Assembly (NCBI GenBank): GCA_001798595.1
Contig: MGSS01000114.1
Location: forward strand, 2,034-66,033
Reading direction: 5' to 3'
Length of the DNA stretch: 64,000 bases
Source of the DNA: Deltaproteobacteria bacterium RIFCSPLOWO2_12_FULL_60_19
GTDB lineage: Bacteria; Desulfobacterota; Binatia; UBA9968
The notes beneath the pieces are model-generated. The model made no database searches. It was not told the origin of the DNA and saw only the letters and a list, made by a program, of their open reading frames with translations. The translations under genes and the position numbers were made by a program. This document shows, in pieces, positions 29,317-49,824 of this stretch (positions are counted from its first letter, which is position 1; the number at the start of each line of letters is the position of its first letter).

Positions 29317-30507
29317 ATGAGCAAACAAAAATTCGAGCGCAAGAAGCCCCATTTGAATGTCGGGACGATCGGCCACGTGGACCATGGCAAGACCACGCTG
29401 ACCGCCGCCATCACCAAGGTCTTGGAGAAAAAGGGGATGGCGAAGTTTATGGCCTACGATCAGATCGACAAAGCCCCGGAAGAGAGAGAGCGGGGGGTCA
29501 CCATCAACATCGCCCACGTCGAGTATGAAACCGCCAAGCGGCACTACGCGCACGTGGACTGTCCGGGTCACGCCGATTACATCAAGAACATGATCACCGG
29601 CGCGGCGCAGATGGACGGCGCCATCCTGGTCGTCTCCGCGGCCGACGGCCCGATGCCTCAAACCCGCGAGCATATCCTGCTGGCGCGTCAGGTCGGGGTG
29701 CCGGCTATTGTCGTCTTCCTCAACAAGGCCGACATGGTCGACGACAAAGAGATCCTCGAGCTGGTCGAGTTGGAGGTTCGCGAGCTGCTTTCCAAATATC
29801 AATTTCCCGGCGATACCACTCCGATCATCACCGGCAGCGCGTTGAAAGCCCTGGAGGGGGACGCCTCGGATATGGGGGAGGGGGCCATCTTGAAGTTGAT
29901 GGAGGCCATCGATAGCTACATCAAAGAGCCGGTGCGCGATGTCGACAAGCCGTTTATCATGCCCGTCGAAGACGTTTTTACCATCAGCGGCCGCGGCACC
30001 GTCGTCACCGGCCGTGTGGAGCGAGGCATCGTCAAGGTCGGCGAAGAGATCGAGATCGTCGGCTTCAAGGCCACCCAGAAGACCGTCGCTACCGGCGTCG
30101 AGATGTTTCGCAAGCTGCTCGACGAGGGGCGCGCCGGAGACAACATCGGCGTCTTGCTCCGCGGCACCAAGCGCGAAGAGGTGGAGCGAGGTCAGGTGCT
30201 GGCCAAGCCGGGCAGCATCACCCCGCATACCCAGTTCAAGGCGGAAGCCTACGTCCTCACCAAAGAAGAGGGCGGAAGGCACACGCCCTTCTTCAACGGC
30301 TACCGGCCGCAATTCTACTTCCGTACGACCGACGTGACCGGCGTGGTGAAGCTGCCGGAAGGCACGGAGATGGTGATGCCGGGCGACAGCGTCACCATGG
30401 ATATTTCGCTCATTACCCCGATCGCGATGGATGAGGGGTTGAAGTTCGCCATCCGAGAGGGCGGCAAGACGGTGGGCGCGGGAGTCGTTACAAAAATTAT
30501 TCAATAG
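29317..30507 (+). CDS. tuf: Elongation factor Tu
   Basis: 396 aa with [23 protein letters not shown] and NKADMV. Confidence 0.98.
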   Translation: MSKQKFERKKPHLNVGTIGHVDHGKTTLTAAITKVLEKKGMAKFMAYDQIDKAPEERERGVTINIAHVEYETAKRHYAHVDCPGHADYIKNMITGAAQMDGAILVVSAADGPMPQTREHILLARQVGVPAIVVFLNKADMVDDKEILELVELEVRELLSKYQFPGDTTPIITGSALKALEGDASDMGEGAILKLMEAIDSYIKEPVRDVDKPFIMPVEDVFTISGRGTVVTGRVERGIVKVGEEIEIVGFKATQKTVATGVEMFRKLLDEGRAGDNIGVLLRGTKREEVERGQVLAKPGSITPHTQFKAEAYVLTKEEGGRHTPFFNGYRPQFYFRTTDVTGVVKLPEGTEMVMPGDSVTMDISLITPIAMDEGLKFAIREGGKTVGAGVVTKIIQ

Positions 30508-30525
30508 CCAGGGTGAGGGGCAGCC

Positions 30526-30678
30526 ATGCGGGAATTGATCGGTTTTGCCTGCGATCAGTGCAAACGAAAAAATTACACAACGTCGAAGAACAAGAAAACG
30601 ACCACCGGCAAGTTGGCTTTGAAAAAGTTCTGTCCTTTTTGCCGAACTCATACCCAGCATCGCGAGGTGAAATTATAA
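30526..30678 (+). CDS. rpmG: 50S ribosomal protein L33
   Basis: Hand-called 50-aa ORF (below the track cutoff): MRELIGFACDQCKRKNYTTSKNKKTTTGKLALKKFCPFCRTHTQHREVKL, with the C4 zinc ribbon. tuf-rpmG-tRNA-Trp-secE order. Confidence 0.85.
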   Translation: MRELIGFACDQCKRKNYTTSKNKKTTTGKLALKKFCPFCRTHTQHREVKL

Positions 30679-30688
30679 CGAGAGCCGG

Positions 30689-30766
30689 GGGTCAGTAGCT
30701 CCAACTGGCTAGAGCGCCGGACTCCAAATCCGGTCGTTGCAGGTTCGAGTCCTGCCTGACCCGCCA
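30689..30766 (+). tRNA. tRNA-Trp(CCA)
   Basis: Acceptor GGGTCAG/CTGACCC, anticodon loop CTCCAAA, T-arm GCAGGTTCGAGTCCTGC, CCA encoded. Confidence 0.82.
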
Positions 30767-30788
30767 TCTCATCGCGTTCGGCATTCTC

Positions 30789-31004
30789 ATGGGCGAATGG
30801 ATACAGAAGGCCAAGGATTCGTTTCGGCGCTCGGCGGAATTCTTCAACGAGGCCTGGCAGGAACTGAAAAAGGTCTACTGGCCTACGCGCAAGGAAACCT
30901 ACGTCGCGACGCTGGTCGTCGTCGTGGTGGTTTTGCTCATCGGCCTTTTCCTGGCGTTTGTGGATTTCGGTCTGACCCGGGCCATCCAGGCTATCGTCAG
31001 TTAA
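30789..31004 (+). CDS. secE: Preprotein translocase subunit SecE
   Basis: 71 aa, single C-terminal TM helix; ...ELKKVYWPTRKETYVATLVVVVVVLLIGLFL. Position upstream of nusG. Confidence 0.85.
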   Translation: MGEWIQKAKDSFRRSAEFFNEAWQELKKVYWPTRKETYVATLVVVVVVLLIGLFLAFVDFGLTRAIQAIVS

Positions 31005-31025
31005 CGCTGCAGGTGATCATCCGGC

Positions 31026-31556
31026 ATGGCTAAGCAATGGTACGTGGTGCATACGTTTTCCGGCTTTGAGCACAAGGTCAAAGCCGCTCTTGAGGAGCGC
31101 ATTAAGAGCCTTGGAAAAGCGGAGTACTTTGGCGAGATCTTGGTGCCGGTCGAGAAAGTCGTCGAGCTCGTCAAGGGCAAGAAGAAAACCTCTTCGAGAA
31201 AGTTTTTTCCCGGCTACATCCTGGTTCAGATGGACCTCGACGACGAGACCTGGCATGTCGTAAAAGAAACGCCCAAGGTCACGGGCTTTGTCGGCGGGAG
31301 CACGAACCCTATGCCCGTCACCGACGCGGAGGTCAAGGCGATCACGCAGCAGATGGAGGAGGGGGCGGTGAAGCCCAAGCCGAGGGTGCTCTTCTCGGAG
31401 GGCGAGAGCGTGAAGGTTATCGACGGTCCGTTTTCCGACTTCAATGGGGTCGTCGAAGAGGTCAGGCCGGAAAAAGGCAAGCTGCGGGTGCTGATCAGCA
31501 TCTTTGGGCGCGCCACTCCCGTGGAACTCGATTTTGTCCAAGTAGAACGGAACTGA
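31026..31556 (+). CDS. nusG: Transcription termination/antitermination factor NusG
   Basis: 176 aa. NGN domain [14 protein letters not shown] motif [11 protein letters not shown]. Confidence 0.93.
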   Translation: MAKQWYVVHTFSGFEHKVKAALEERIKSLGKAEYFGEILVPVEKVVELVKGKKKTSSRKFFPGYILVQMDLDDETWHVVKETPKVTGFVGGSTNPMPVTDAEVKAITQQMEEGAVKPKPRVLFSEGESVKVIDGPFSDFNGVVEEVRPEKGKLRVLISIFGRATPVELDFVQVERN

Positions 31557-31557
31557 T

Positions 31558-31983
31558 ATGGCCAAGAAAATCATTGGAGAAATCAAGCTGCAGATTCCGG
31601 CCGGCCAGGCCAATCCGAGCCCCCCGGTGGGACCCGCCCTTGGCCAGCGCGGAGTCAATATCATGGAGTTTTGCAAAGCGTTCAACGCCGCGACGCAGTC
31701 GCAGCAGGGGATGATTATCCCGGTCATAGTGACGGTTTATGCCGACCGTTCGTTCGCTTTTGTGACCAAGACGCCGCCGGCCTCCGTGCTGCTCAAGAAG
31801 GCTGCGGGAGTTGAAAAAGGCTCGGGGGAGCCGGGCAAGGTCAAGGTCGGCAAGGTCACCCGCGCTCAGATCAGAGAGATTGCGCAGGTTAAACTACGCG
31901 ACTTGACCGCAAAAGATCTGGAAGCGGCGGTGAAGACGGTCGAGGGGACGGCCCGCAGCCTGGGTTTGGAGATCGAAGGCTGA
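31558..31983 (+). CDS. rplK: 50S ribosomal protein L11
   Basis: 141 aa; [31 protein letters not shown]. Confidence 0.95.
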   Translation: MAKKIIGEIKLQIPAGQANPSPPVGPALGQRGVNIMEFCKAFNAATQSQQGMIIPVIVTVYADRSFAFVTKTPPASVLLKKAAGVEKGSGEPGKVKVGKVTRAQIREIAQVKLRDLTAKDLEAAVKTVEGTARSLGLEIEG

Positions 31984-32014
31984 TTCCGGCGACGGTTGGG
32001 TTGGGAGTAATGCC

Positions 32015-32719
32015 ATGAAACGAAAAACCAAAAGCTACAACACGGCCCTGGCGAGAGTGGACAGGGCTCAGCGTTACCCGCTCGAAGACGGCCTCCGTCT
32101 CCTCCATCAGACCGCGCGCGCGAAGTTCGATGAGACCGTCGAGATAGCGGCTCGATTGGGCGTGGACCCGCGGCAGGCCGATCAGAATGTCCGCGGCACG
32201 GTGGTGCTGCCGCATGGAATGGGGAAAACGGTGAGAGTGGTGGCGTTTGCCAAGGGGGAAAAAGAGAAAGAAGCCACGGAGGCCGGCGCCGATTTCGTCG
32301 GCGCGGATGAGCTGATAAAAAAAATCACCGAGGGGTGGCTTGAGTTCGACAATGCGGTTGCAACGCCGGACATGATGGGGGCGGTGGGAAAAATCGGTAA
32401 AATTCTAGGCCCGCGCGGATTGATGCCCAACCCGAAGACCGGCACCGTCGCGATGGACATCGGCAAGGCGATCAAGGAGATCAAGGCCGGAAAGCTTGAG
32501 TTCAGAGTCGACAAGGCGGGCATCGTCCACGTGCCCGTCGGCAAAGTTTCCTTCGGCGCAGACAAGCTCATCGACAATGCGCGCGCCGTGCTGGCCGCTA
32601 TTTTACGGGCTAAGCCGGCCTCGGCGAAGGGCAACTACGTCCAGGGCGTTACGCTCTCGACGACGATGGGGCCGGGGATCAAGCTCGATGTCAATCTGGT
32701 AAGGGCGCTGGCGGCATAG
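32015..32719 (+). CDS. rplA: 50S ribosomal protein L1
   Basis: 234 aa; [14 protein letters not shown]; position after rplK. Confidence 0.95.
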   Translation: MKRKTKSYNTALARVDRAQRYPLEDGLRLLHQTARAKFDETVEIAARLGVDPRQADQNVRGTVVLPHGMGKTVRVVAFAKGEKEKEATEAGADFVGADELIKKITEGWLEFDNAVATPDMMGAVGKIGKILGPRGLMPNPKTGTVAMDIGKAIKEIKAGKLEFRVDKAGIVHVPVGKVSFGADKLIDNARAVLAAILRAKPASAKGNYVQGVTLSTTMGPGIKLDVNLVRALAA

Positions 32720-32768
32720 GGCTTGGGCTTGATTGTCCCAGGGAAGCGCGAAGCGAGGAGAATTGAAC

Positions 32769-33317
32769 ATGGCTGAGGCGACGGCGGTAAGACCAAGTCA
32801 ACCGGAGAAGGCCGCCAGGGTTGCGGAAGTTCGCGAGAAGCTCAAGGCGGCGAAAGTCGCGATTGTCACCGAGTACCGGGGTCTCACGCTGACCCAGATG
32901 ACGCGGCTGCGCCGGGCGATACGGGATGCTTCGGGAGAGTACCGCGTGATCAAGAACACCCTGGCGCGCCGCGCGTTGAAAGATACCGCCTACGGCGGTT
33001 TGGACCGCCTGTTGGAAGGGCCGAACGGCTGGGTCCTGGGTTACGAAGATCCCGTGGCGGTTTCCAAGACGCTGGTCAAGTTCGTCGAAGAGAATGAAAA
33101 GCTGGCGATCAAGGGCGGGCTCTTGGAGGGAGAGTTCCTCGATCAGGGCAAGGTCAAGGCCTTGGCTCAGATGCCGAGCCGGCCTGAGCTGCAAGCAAAG
33201 CTGCTTGCACTGATGCAGGCGCCGGTGGTGAGCCTGTTGCGGTTGGCGAAGGAGCCGGCCAGCCGAATGGTCAGGTTGTTAGAATCCGTTCGTAAGCAGA
33301 AAGATCCCCAAGGCTAG
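32769..33317 (+). CDS. rplJ: 50S ribosomal protein L10
   Basis: Track ORF 32733..33317. ATG 32769 is preferred because it follows the SD GAGGAG. The L10 fold is conserved (VTEYRGLTLTQMTRLRR). Confidence 0.92.
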   Translation: MAEATAVRPSQPEKAARVAEVREKLKAAKVAIVTEYRGLTLTQMTRLRRAIRDASGEYRVIKNTLARRALKDTAYGGLDRLLEGPNGWVLGYEDPVAVSKTLVKFVEENEKLAIKGGLLEGEFLDQGKVKALAQMPSRPELQAKLLALMQAPVVSLLRLAKEPASRMVRLLESVRKQKDPQG

Positions 33318-33340
33318 AAATATTTCAATAGGAGGAAGTC

Positions 33341-33712
33341 ATGGAAGTGACAAGAGAGCAGGTTAAGGATTTCATCAAGCAGAGTTCCGTCATGGAGATC
33401 GCGGCGCTGGTGAAAGAGCTGGAGCAGGAGCTCGGCGTGAGCGCGGCGGCGCCCGTGGCCGTGGCTGCCGCCGCGGGTCCCGCCGCTGCCGCAGAGGAAA
33501 AGACGGAGTTCAACGTCATTCTTACCGACGTCGGCGATAAGAAGATCCAGGTGATCAAAGTCGTCAGGGAGCTTACCGGCTTGGGGCTTAAAGAGGCCAA
33601 GGATCTCGTCGACGGTGCTCCGAAGCCCGTCAAGGAAAGCGTCTCGAAGGCCGAGGCGGAAACGATCAAGAAAAAGATCGAAGAAGTGGGCGGCAAGATC
33701 GACATCAAGTAA
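33341..33712 (+). CDS. rplL: 50S ribosomal protein L7/L12
   Basis: 123 aa. Ala-rich hinge, then C-terminal [31 protein letters not shown]. Confidence 0.96.
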   Translation: MEVTREQVKDFIKQSSVMEIAALVKELEQELGVSAAAPVAVAAAAGPAAAAEEKTEFNVILTDVGDKKIQVIKVVRELTGLGLKEAKDLVDGAPKPVKESVSKAEAETIKKKIEEVGGKIDIK

Positions 33713-33786
33713 CGGTCTTGCCGGCTTGGACTTTGAACTCGGCGTTTCACTGATAGCGGTCATACGAAATCGAAAGAAGGAGTATC

Positions 33787-37896
<4,110 letters not shown>

Positions 37897-37916
37897 CTGC
37901 CGACGAGGTGGACGTT

Positions 37917-42044
<4,128 letters not shown>

Positions 42045-42050
42045 AGCGCT

Positions 42051-42079
42051 TTGACAATCGGTGGTTTGTCTGTTAATTA
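42051..42079 (+). promoter_or_regulatory. Sigma70-like promoter candidate for the str operon (TTGACA, 16-17 nt spacer, TTAATTA)
   Basis: TTGACAatcggtggtttgtctgTTAATTAAA lies immediately after the rpoC stop. It is followed by a structured leader (ctcgagacggctccactcgag) upstream of rpsL. Confidence 0.45.
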
Positions 42080-42144
42080 AATCTTTTTACTCGAGACGGC
42101 TCCACTCGAGCAACGGAGAGCCGCAAGATTGATAGTCATAACCT

Positions 42145-42516
42145 ATGCCTACAATTAGCCAGTTAGTGCGCGGCGCGAGAGAGCAGCAGCGCCGCAAGAA
42201 TACGGCGCCAGCGCTGCAGGGATGCCCGCAAAAGCGCGGCGTTTGCATCCGCGTTTACACCACGACGCCGAAGAAGCCCAACTCGGCGCTGCGCAAAGTG
42301 GCGCGCGTGCGTCTGACCAACGGGATCGAGGTGACTTCTTATATCCCGGGCGTGGGGCATAACCTGCAAGAGCACTCCGTGGTGTTGATTCGCGGGGGTC
42401 GGGTGAAAGATCTGCCGGGCGTGAGGTATCACATCGTGCGCGGGACGTTGGATTCGATCGGCGTCCAGGAGCGCCGCCAGAGCCGCTCGAAGTACGGCGC
42501 GAAGAGGCCGAAGTAG
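42145..42516 (+). CDS. rpsL: 30S ribosomal protein S12
   Basis: 123 aa; PTISQLVR......[29 protein letters not shown]. Confidence 0.97.
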   Translation: MPTISQLVRGAREQQRRKNTAPALQGCPQKRGVCIRVYTTTPKKPNSALRKVARVRLTNGIEVTSYIPGVGHNLQEHSVVLIRGGRVKDLPGVRYHIVRGTLDSIGVQERRQSRSKYGAKRPK

Positions 42517-42521
42517 GAGCC

Positions 42522-42992
42522 ATGCCGCGTAAAGGGGAAGTCAAAAAAAGAGAGGGCTTGTCGGATCCCAAATATGGGGACAAGCAGGTCGCCAAGTTCA
42601 TCAACACGATCATGAACGAGGGAAAGAAGAGCGTGGCGGAAAGAATGCTTTACGGCTCTCTCAATTTGGTGGCGGCCAAGACCAAGGAAGATTCTCTCGC
42701 CATATTCAAGCGCGCCGTGGAAAACGCCAAGCCCACGGTGGAGGTGCGCTCTCGCCGGGTCGGCGGCGCGACCTATCAAGTGCCGGTCGAAGTGAGGCCT
42801 CAACGTCGGATGTCCTTGAGCATGCGCTGGCTGGTGGATTCGGCAAGGGCCCGAGAGGGAAAGTCGATGCAGGACAAATTGGCCGCCGAGTTTATGGATG
42901 CGGCCAATAACCGCGGAGGGGCGATTAAGAAAAAGGAAGATACGCATCGGATGGCGGAGGCCAATCGCGCTTTCGCCCACTATCGTTGGTAG
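42522..42992 (+). CDS. rpsG: 30S ribosomal protein S7
   Basis: 156 aa; ends ...[13 protein letters not shown]. Confidence 0.96.
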   Translation: MPRKGEVKKREGLSDPKYGDKQVAKFINTIMNEGKKSVAERMLYGSLNLVAAKTKEDSLAIFKRAVENAKPTVEVRSRRVGGATYQVPVEVRPQRRMSLSMRWLVDSARAREGKSMQDKLAAEFMDAANNRGGAIKKKEDTHRMAEANRAFAHYRW

Positions 42993-43066
42993 CTTCGCTT
43001 AGGAATACGACACCGAGCAGGGAGGCGGTTTGACCGCCTCCTTTTTTTCTCTGATAGCTGAAGATC

Positions 43067-45148
43067 ATGGCAAGAACAGTCCCTTTAGAGAAGACGCGTA
43101 ACATCGGGATCATGGCCCACATCGATGCGGGCAAGACCACGACGACCGAGCGAATTCTCTATTATACCGGAACCAACTATAAAATCGGCGAGGTCGATGA
43201 GGGCACCGCCACGATGGACTGGATGGTGCAGGAGCAGGAGCGCGGCATCACCATCACCTCGGCGGCGACGACCGCCCTGTGGCGCGACCATCGGATCAAT
43301 CTCATCGATACGCCGGGCCACGTCGATTTTACCATCGAAGTCGAGCGCTCGCTGCGCGTCTTAGACGGCGCGGTGGCCGTGTTTTGCTCGGTCGGCGGCG
43401 TCGAGCCGCAGACGGAAACCGTTTGGCGCCAGGCGGACAAGTATCAGGTTCCCCGGATCGCCTTCGTCAACAAAATGGACCGCGTCGGGGCGGATTTTTT
43501 CCGGGCGGTGCAGATGATCCAGGATCGCCTGGGCGCCCGGCCGGTCGCAGTGCAACTGCCGATCGGCGCCGAGGACCAGTTTAAGGGCGTGATCGACCTC
43601 GTGCAGATGAAGGCCGTCGTGTGGGAAGAGGAGAGCCTCGGGGCCAAATATCGCATCGAGCCGATCCCCGCGGAGCTGGTGGCGCAGGCCGAAGAGTACC
43701 GCGAAAAATTGCTTGAGGCGGCGGCGGACTGCGACGAATCACTCATGGAAAAGTATTTGGATGGCAAAGAGATCGCCGAAAGTGAAATCCGCCGGGCGAT
43801 CCGCGCGGGAGGGCTGGCCCTCAAGCTGGTGCCGGTGTTGTGCGGCTCCGCTTTTAGAAACAAGGGGGTTCAACCCTTGCTCGACGCCGTGATCGACTAC
43901 CTGCCGTCGCCGCATGACATTCCATCGGTCCAGGGCAAGAATCCGGATTCTCAACAAGCGGAAGAGCGTCCGGCGAGCGACGAGGCGCCGTTTTCGGCGC
44001 TGGCCTTCAAGATCATGACCGATCCGTTCGTCGGGACGCTGACTTTCTTCCGGGTTTACTCGGGGGTGCTGTTCTCGGGCTCCAGCGTCTACAATTCGAC
44101 CAAGACTAAAAGAGAGAGAATCGGCCGGCTGCTCAAAATGCACGCCAACAAGCGCGAGGAGATCAAAGAGGTCTACGCCGGCGATATCGCCGCGGCGGTG
44201 GGGTTGAGAAGCACGACCACGGGAGATACGCTTTGCGATGAAGACCGTCCGATCGTTCTGGAATCGATAGACTTCCCCGATCCGGTGATCTCGATCGCGA
44301 TCGAGCCGAAAAGCAAGGCCGACCAGGAAAGGCTCGGCATCTCGCTCCAGAAGCTGGCCGGCGAAGACCCTTCGTTCAGGGTGCGGACGGATGAAGAGAC
44401 CGGACAGACGATCATCTCCGGCATGGGCGAGCTTCACCTGGAGATCATCGTCGATCGGCTGGTGAGAGAGTTCAACGTCGGGGCCAACGTCGGCAAGCCG
44501 CAGGTCGCCTACAAAGAAACGATCCGCAAGACGGTCGAGCAAGAGGGGAAGTTTATTCGGCAAACCGGCGGTCGCGGGCAATATGGCCACGTCGAGATCA
44601 GAGTCGAGCCGCAAGCGCCGGGAGGCGGTTTTGAGTTCGAAGACGCCGTCAAGGGCGGGCGCATTCCGCGGGAATATATTCCGGCGGTGGAAAAGGGCGT
44701 GCGCGAGGCGACCGAGAGCGGCGGGTTGGCGGGTTATCCCGTGGTCGACGTGAAGGTTACGCTGCTCGATGGGAGCTACCACGACGTCGACTCCTCCGAG
44801 ATCGCGTTCAAGATCGCGGGATCGATGGCCTTTAAAGAGGCCACGAGGAAGGCGTCGCCGGTGCTGCTGGAGCCTATTATGTCGGTCGAAGTGGTGGTGC
44901 CGGAAGCCTTCATGGGCGACGTCATCGGCGACCTCAGCTCGCGCCGCGGAAAAATCCTCGGCATGGGTTCGCGTCCGGCGGTTCAGGTGATCGAGGCGCG
45001 CGTCCCGCTCGCGCAGATGTTCGGTTATGCGACGGATGTGCGCTCGATGACCCAGGGGCGAGCGACCTATACCATGCAGTTTTCGCATTACGAGCCGGTG
45101 CCGGCGACTATTTCGGAAGAGATCAGCGCGAAAGCAGTGGGGCTTTGA
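43067..45148 (+). CDS. fusA: Elongation factor G
   Basis: 693 aa with [15 protein letters not shown] and DTPGHVDF. Confidence 0.97.
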   Translation: MARTVPLEKTRNIGIMAHIDAGKTTTTERILYYTGTNYKIGEVDEGTATMDWMVQEQERGITITSAATTALWRDHRINLIDTPGHVDFTIEVERSLRVLDGAVAVFCSVGGVEPQTETVWRQADKYQVPRIAFVNKMDRVGADFFRAVQMIQDRLGARPVAVQLPIGAEDQFKGVIDLVQMKAVVWEEESLGAKYRIEPIPAELVAQAEEYREKLLEAAADCDESLMEKYLDGKEIAESEIRRAIRAGGLALKLVPVLCGSAFRNKGVQPLLDAVIDYLPSPHDIPSVQGKNPDSQQAEERPASDEAPFSALAFKIMTDPFVGTLTFFRVYSGVLFSGSSVYNSTKTKRERIGRLLKMHANKREEIKEVYAGDIAAAVGLRSTTTGDTLCDEDRPIVLESIDFPDPVISIAIEPKSKADQERLGISLQKLAGEDPSFRVRTDEETGQTIISGMGELHLEIIVDRLVREFNVGANVGKPQVAYKETIRKTVEQEGKFIRQTGGRGQYGHVEIRVEPQAPGGGFEFEDAVKGGRIPREYIPAVEKGVREATESGGLAGYPVVDVKVTLLDGSYHDVDSSEIAFKIAGSMAFKEATRKASPVLLEPIMSVEVVVPEAFMGDVIGDLSSRRGKILGMGSRPAVQVIEARVPLAQMFGYATDVRSMTQGRATYTMQFSHYEPVPATISEEISAKAVGL

Positions 45149-45170
45149 GGCGATCTCGTTGGAGTAAGCT

Positions 45171-45479
<309 letters not shown>

Positions 45480-45502
45480 GGCGGGCGGTTCAAGTTGATT
45501 TT

Positions 45503-46135
45503 ATGAACGGACTGATAGGCAAGAAGCTCGGCATGACACAACTCTTCACGGCCGACGGGAGCGTGGTGCCGGTCACCGTGATCCAGACGGGTCCGTGCGT
45601 GGTCGTGCAGAAAAAGGAAGCGGAACGCGACGGCTATACCGCGCTGCAGGTTGGATTCGGCAGCAAAAAAAACCAGCGCGTGCGCAAGTCCGAGCAGGGT
45701 CATCTAGCCAAGGCCGGCAAGGGCGCCTTCGAAGTCCTGCGCGAGCTCAGGTCGGAGGATGTCGCCCAGTACGCCGTCGGGCAGGAGATCAAGGTTGCCG
45801 ACCTGTTTAAAACCGGAGATCGGGTGGACGTAGCCGGCGTCAGCAAGGGCCGGGGATTCGCCGGGGTCATCAAGCGGTGGAGCTTCGCCGGTTTTCCCGG
45901 TTCCCGCGGGACGCACGAGTATTTTCGTCATGGCGGATCGATCGGCAACCGGTCGTTCCCCGGCCGCGTGTTCAAGGGCAAGAAGATGGCGGGACAATTG
46001 GGAAACGAACGGGCTTCCGTGCAGAATCTTGAGGTGATCGAAGTTCGCGCGGAGAGCAATCTGCTCTTCATCAAAGGGTCGGTGCCGGGCGCGCCGCGCG
46101 GAGTGGTGCTCGTGCGGCGGACGGTCAAGGGTTGA
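45503..46135 (+). CDS. rplC: 50S ribosomal protein L3
   Basis: Track ORF 45476..46135; ATG 45503 ([15 protein letters not shown]) matches the L3 N-terminus. Confidence 0.93.
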   Translation: MNGLIGKKLGMTQLFTADGSVVPVTVIQTGPCVVVQKKEAERDGYTALQVGFGSKKNQRVRKSEQGHLAKAGKGAFEVLRELRSEDVAQYAVGQEIKVADLFKTGDRVDVAGVSKGRGFAGVIKRWSFAGFPGSRGTHEYFRHGGSIGNRSFPGRVFKGKKMAGQLGNERASVQNLEVIEVRAESNLLFIKGSVPGAPRGVVLVRRTVKG

Positions 46136-46143
46136 GAGTCGTC

Positions 46144-46740
46144 ATGAGCGCTCAGATCATTCATCCCGAGCTTAAGGCGGAGATTTTTCAGGTCGCGTTG
46201 CGCCCCCATCTGCTCCACGACGTCGTCACCATGCAGCGCGCCAACCGGCGGGCCGGCACGGCGGCGACGAAGAGCAAGGGGTTCGTGCGCGGCGGAGGAA
46301 AGAAGCCCTGGAAACAGAAGGGGACAGGCCGGGCGCGCGCCGGGAGCATTCGGTCGCCTATCTGGGTCGGTGGTGGAACGATCTTCGGCCCCCAGCCGAG
46401 AGATTACTCCTATCGGATGCCTAAAAAGGCGCGTCGCGAGGCGCTCTTGTCGGCGCTCAGCCTCAAGCATAAAGAGGGAAAGATCGTCGTCGTCGATAAG
46501 CTGGAAATGGAACAACCGAAAACCAAGATCATGCGCCAGCTGCTGGAAGGAATGAATGTGAAGAGCGCGCTCATCGTCCTGCCGCAGGCGAATCCGCCCG
46601 TCGAGCTATCGGCCAGGAACCTGCCCAAGGCGAAAGTAATCCGGGTCGAGGGACTGAATGTCTACGATCTGCTCCGCTTCGACCACCTTATCTTGACTGA
46701 AGGGGCGCTGCGGCTGATTGAGGAGAGGCTGCCCGCATGA
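46144..46740 (+). CDS. rplD: 50S ribosomal protein L4
   Basis: Track ORF 46132..46740; start ATG 46144; [16 protein letters not shown] motif. Confidence 0.93.
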   Translation: MSAQIIHPELKAEIFQVALRPHLLHDVVTMQRANRRAGTAATKSKGFVRGGGKKPWKQKGTGRARAGSIRSPIWVGGGTIFGPQPRDYSYRMPKKARREALLSALSLKHKEGKIVVVDKLEMEQPKTKIMRQLLEGMNVKSALIVLPQANPPVELSARNLPKAKVIRVEGLNVYDLLRFDHLILTEGALRLIEERLPA

Positions 46741-47027
46741 AAGAGCCTCAACGGATAATTTTGGCTCCGTTGGTGACCGAGAAGAGCACCTTGCTGTTGG
46801 AGAAGGCCAATCAGGTTCTGTTCCGCGTGCGGCCCGACGCCAACAAAATCGAAGTCAAGCGCGCCATCGAGACGCTGTTCAAGGTGAAGGTCGAGAAGGT
46901 GAGGATGAACCGCTATCTCGGCAAGCTGCGGCGCGTCGGGAGAAATGTGGGCCGCCTCCCCCAATGGAAAAAGGCTTACGTGACGTTAAAAGAAGGGGAC
47001 AAGATCGAACTATTTGGCGGCGCCTAA
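46737..47027 (+). CDS. rplW: 50S ribosomal protein L23
   Basis: 96 aa; position and conserved [15 protein letters not shown]. Confidence 0.93.
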   Translation: MKEPQRIILAPLVTEKSTLLLEKANQVLFRVRPDANKIEVKRAIETLFKVKVEKVRMNRYLGKLRRVGRNVGRLPQWKKAYVTLKEGDKIELFGGA

Positions 47028-47090
47028 AGAATTTTAGATTTTGGATTGCCGATTTTCGATTCAATCTAAAATCTAAAATCAAAAATTGGG
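47028..47090. repeat. AT-rich palindromic intergenic repeat, family B copy 1 (between rplW and rplB)
   Basis: gaATTTTAGATTTTGGATTGccgattttcgattCAATCTAAAATCTAAAATcaaaaattgg. Arms of about 18 nt are almost perfectly inverted around a 13-nt loop. The element is about 20% GC in a 65% GC genome and recurs at 50717 and 57555. Confidence 0.7.
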
Positions 47091-47095
47091 GAACG

Positions 47096-47920
47096 ATGGC
47101 GATCAAGACTTACAATCCAACCTCGGCGGGGATGAGGTTTAGGACCGGTCTCGACTTTGAGGAGATTACGCGGACCGGGGCGGAAAAGCGCCTGCTTCTT
47201 CCCGTAAAGCGCAGCGGCGGGCGCAACAACACCGGACGCATCACGAGCCACCATCGCGGGGGCGGCCACAAGCGCCTCTATCGCATAATCGACTTCAAGC
47301 GCGACAAGATGGGGACTCCGGCGCGGGTTGAAGCTATCGAATACGATCCCAACCGTTCCGCGCGCATCGCGCTGCTCTGCTACGCGGACGGAGAGCGCCG
47401 CTATATCGTGGCGCCCGATCAACTCAAGGTGGGAGATTCGGTACTCTCCGGCGGCGAGGGGGTCGATATCAAGCCGGGAAATTCGCTGCCGCTCAAGTTC
47501 ATTCCGGTGGGCACCGTCATCCACAACGTCGAGATCAAGCTCGGCAAGGGGGCGCAGCTGGCGCGCAGCGCGGGCGCCGGGGCGCAGTTGATGGCCAAAG
47601 AGGGACGTTATGCCCTGCTGAAGCTCCCATCCGGCGAGCTGCGCAACGTGCTGGCCGAATGCCGCGCCAGCGTGGGGCAGGTCGGGAACCTGGACCAGGA
47701 AAATGTCTCGTGGGGCAAGGCCGGGAGGATGCGTTGGCTGGGCAAGAAGCCGTGGACTCGCGGAATCGCCAAAAATCCGGTGGATCATCCTCACGGGGGC
47801 GGCGAAGGGCGTTCCAAGGGAAATCACCCGCAGACGCCCTGGGGGAAGCCGACGAAGGGTTACAAAACCAGGAAGCGCCGGCACTCGGATAAGTATATCG
47901 TTCAGCGTAGAGAGGGCTGA
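47096..47920 (+). CDS. rplB: 50S ribosomal protein L2
   Basis: 274 aa from ATG 47096 ([12 protein letters not shown]); the track ORF 46718.. is a frame run-on through the repeat. [11 protein letters not shown] motif. Confidence 0.95.
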   Translation: MAIKTYNPTSAGMRFRTGLDFEEITRTGAEKRLLLPVKRSGGRNNTGRITSHHRGGGHKRLYRIIDFKRDKMGTPARVEAIEYDPNRSARIALLCYADGERRYIVAPDQLKVGDSVLSGGEGVDIKPGNSLPLKFIPVGTVIHNVEIKLGKGAQLARSAGAGAQLMAKEGRYALLKLPSGELRNVLAECRASVGQVGNLDQENVSWGKAGRMRWLGKKPWTRGIAKNPVDHPHGGGEGRSKGNHPQTPWGKPTKGYKTRKRRHSDKYIVQRREG

Positions 47921-47925
47921 TCCCG

Positions 47926-48306
47926 ATGGCACGCTCGATTAAAAAAGGTCCGTTTGTCGACGATCACCTCAGGCGGAAGATTGAGGCGATGAACCAGAGC
48001 AAGGATAAGCGGGTCCTCAAGACCTGGTCGCGGCGCTCGACGATTACGCCGGACATGGTGAGCTATACGATCGCGGTCCATAACGGGAGAAAATTCATTC
48101 CCGTTTTTGTGACCGAAAGTATGGTGGGCCATAAGCTTGGCGAGTTCGCGCCGACGCGGACGTTCCACGTGCATTCGGGAGACCGCAAGGCCGAGGCCAA
48201 AACAGGAGTTGTGGGCGCGCCGCGGGCGGCTCCCGGGGCCCCGGCGGCAGCGCCGGCGCCGGCCGCGCCGGCCGCTCCGGCGGCTGCGGCCAAGCCGAAG
48301 GCGTAA
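47926..48306 (+). CDS. rpsS: 30S ribosomal protein S19 with ~35-aa Ala/Pro-rich C-terminal extension
   Basis: The first 91 aa are canonical S19 ([13 protein letters not shown]). This is followed by [39 protein letters not shown]. Confidence 0.92.
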   Translation: MARSIKKGPFVDDHLRRKIEAMNQSKDKRVLKTWSRRSTITPDMVSYTIAVHNGRKFIPVFVTESMVGHKLGEFAPTRTFHVHSGDRKAEAKTGVVGAPRAAPGAPAAAPAPAAPAAPAAAAKPKA

Positions 48307-48341
48307 TGGATCGAGAGCGGGGAGTTCGGAGATAACGAAAC

Positions 48342-48677
48342 ATGGAAACGCGCGCTCAAACTCGCTTTGTCAGCCTGGCCCCGCGCAAGGTGCAGCTGGT
48401 CGTGGATCAAATCCGGGGGAAGGGTGTTGAGGAGGCTCTGAACATTCTGAAGTTTGTGCCAAAGCGGTCGGCGGCGATTGTGACGAAGACTTTGAGGTCG
48501 GCTGTGGCCAACGCGGAAAACACCCAAAGCGTGGATGTCGATCGGCTTTATGTCAAGCGCATCGCGGTCGACGAGGGCGGCATGCGCAAGGGCTTCATGC
48601 CTCGGGCGATGGGGCGGGGGGCGCGCATTCGTAAACGGCTCAGTCATATCACCGTGGTGGTCGACGAGAGGGGATAG
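48342..48677 (+). CDS. rplV: 50S ribosomal protein L22
   Basis: 111 aa; position and conserved L22 core. Confidence 0.94.
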   Translation: METRAQTRFVSLAPRKVQLVVDQIRGKGVEEALNILKFVPKRSAAIVTKTLRSAVANAENTQSVDVDRLYVKRIAVDEGGMRKGFMPRAMGRGARIRKRLSHITVVVDERG

Positions 48678-48683
48678 GCGCTC

Positions 48684-49346
48684 ATGGGGCAGAAGACTCA
48701 TCCGAAACTTTTCCGCATCGGAGTCATAGACTCCTGGGATTCCAAGTGGTACGCGCAGCACGATTACGCGCGGCTGCTCCATGAGGATCTGAAGATCAAG
48801 AAATTTCTCAAAACCAGGCTCTATCACGCCGGCATCTCGAAGATCGAAATCGAAAGGGCGGCCAACAAGGCGAAGATCAACATCTACACCGCGCGCCCCG
48901 GGATCGTCATCGGCAAAAAGGGCGCGGAGATAGAAAAACTCAAGCAGGAGATCTCGCGTCTCTCGGATCGCGAAGCCTATCTCAACATCATCGAGGTGCG
49001 CCGTCCCGACCTGGACGGGCAGCTCGTCGGTGAAAACGTCGCGCTCCAGCTGGAGCGTCGCGTGGCCTTTCGCCGGGCGATGAAGGAGAGCGTATCGCGC
49101 GCGCTTAGGATGGGAGCCGAAGGGGTAAAGATTCAATGCGCGGGGCGACTGGGCGGGACCGAGATTGCGCGCACCGAGTGGTACCGGGAAGGCCGCGTGC
49201 CGCTACACACTCTGCGGGCGGATATCAGTTACGGATTTGCCGAAGCCAAGACGACCTACGGAGTGATCGGTGTCAAAGTGTGGATCATGAGGGGCGAGGT
49301 TTTAACGGAGCAAGAGGAGCAGCAAAAGGCGGCGATGGGCGCCTAG
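48684..49346 (+). CDS. rpsC: 30S ribosomal protein S3
   Basis: 220 aa; MGQKTHP..FR.G; KH domain. Confidence 0.96.
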   Translation: MGQKTHPKLFRIGVIDSWDSKWYAQHDYARLLHEDLKIKKFLKTRLYHAGISKIEIERAANKAKINIYTARPGIVIGKKGAEIEKLKQEISRLSDREAYLNIIEVRRPDLDGQLVGENVALQLERRVAFRRAMKESVSRALRMGAEGVKIQCAGRLGGTEIARTEWYREGRVPLHTLRADISYGFAEAKTTYGVIGVKVWIMRGEVLTEQEEQQKAAMGA

Positions 49347-49392
49347 CGATTCGGGGTTTCAAGGTTCAAGAGTTCAAAGGTTCAAGGGTTGA
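49347..49392. repeat. Short tandem repeat (GGTTCAAG-like units x4-5) in the rpsC-rplP spacer
   Basis: cgattcgggGTTTCAAGGTTCAAGAGTTCAAAGGTTCAAGGGTTGAAAGcag. Seen directly in the sequence. Confidence 0.6.
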
Positions 49393-49398
49393 AAGCAG

Positions 49399-49824
49399 AT
49401 GTTAGAGCCAAAGAAAGTCAAATACCGCAAGCAACAGAAGGGCCGCCGGGCAGGATTTGCTCAGCGGGGATCCACGTTGGCCTTCGGGGATTACGGGCTT
49501 AAGGCGCTCGATCGGGGGTGGCTCGGCGCGCGGGAGATTGAGGCGGCGCGGATCGCGCTCACCCGCTATCTCAAGCGCGGCGGAAAGGTCTGGATTCGGA
49601 TATTTCCGGATAAGCCGATTACCAAGAAGCCGGCTGAGACCCGGATGGGAAAAGGCAAAGGCGCGACTGCGGGCTGGGTGGCGGTCGTCAAGCCCGGCAG
49701 GGTTCTTTACGAGATGGAAGGCGTGGAGCGCGAGCTGGCGCGGGAGGCGTTCCGTTTAGCAGCGCACAAGCTCTCGATTGCCACCATGTTCGTCGAGCGA
49801 AAGGGGCTGAGCCATGCCGGTTAA
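49399..49824 (+). CDS. rplP: 50S ribosomal protein L16
   Basis: 141 aa; [16 protein letters not shown]. Confidence 0.96.
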   Translation: MLEPKKVKYRKQQKGRRAGFAQRGSTLAFGDYGLKALDRGWLGAREIEAARIALTRYLKRGGKVWIRIFPDKPITKKPAETRMGKGKGATAGWVAVVKPGRVLYEMEGVERELAREAFRLAAHKLSIATMFVERKGLSHAG

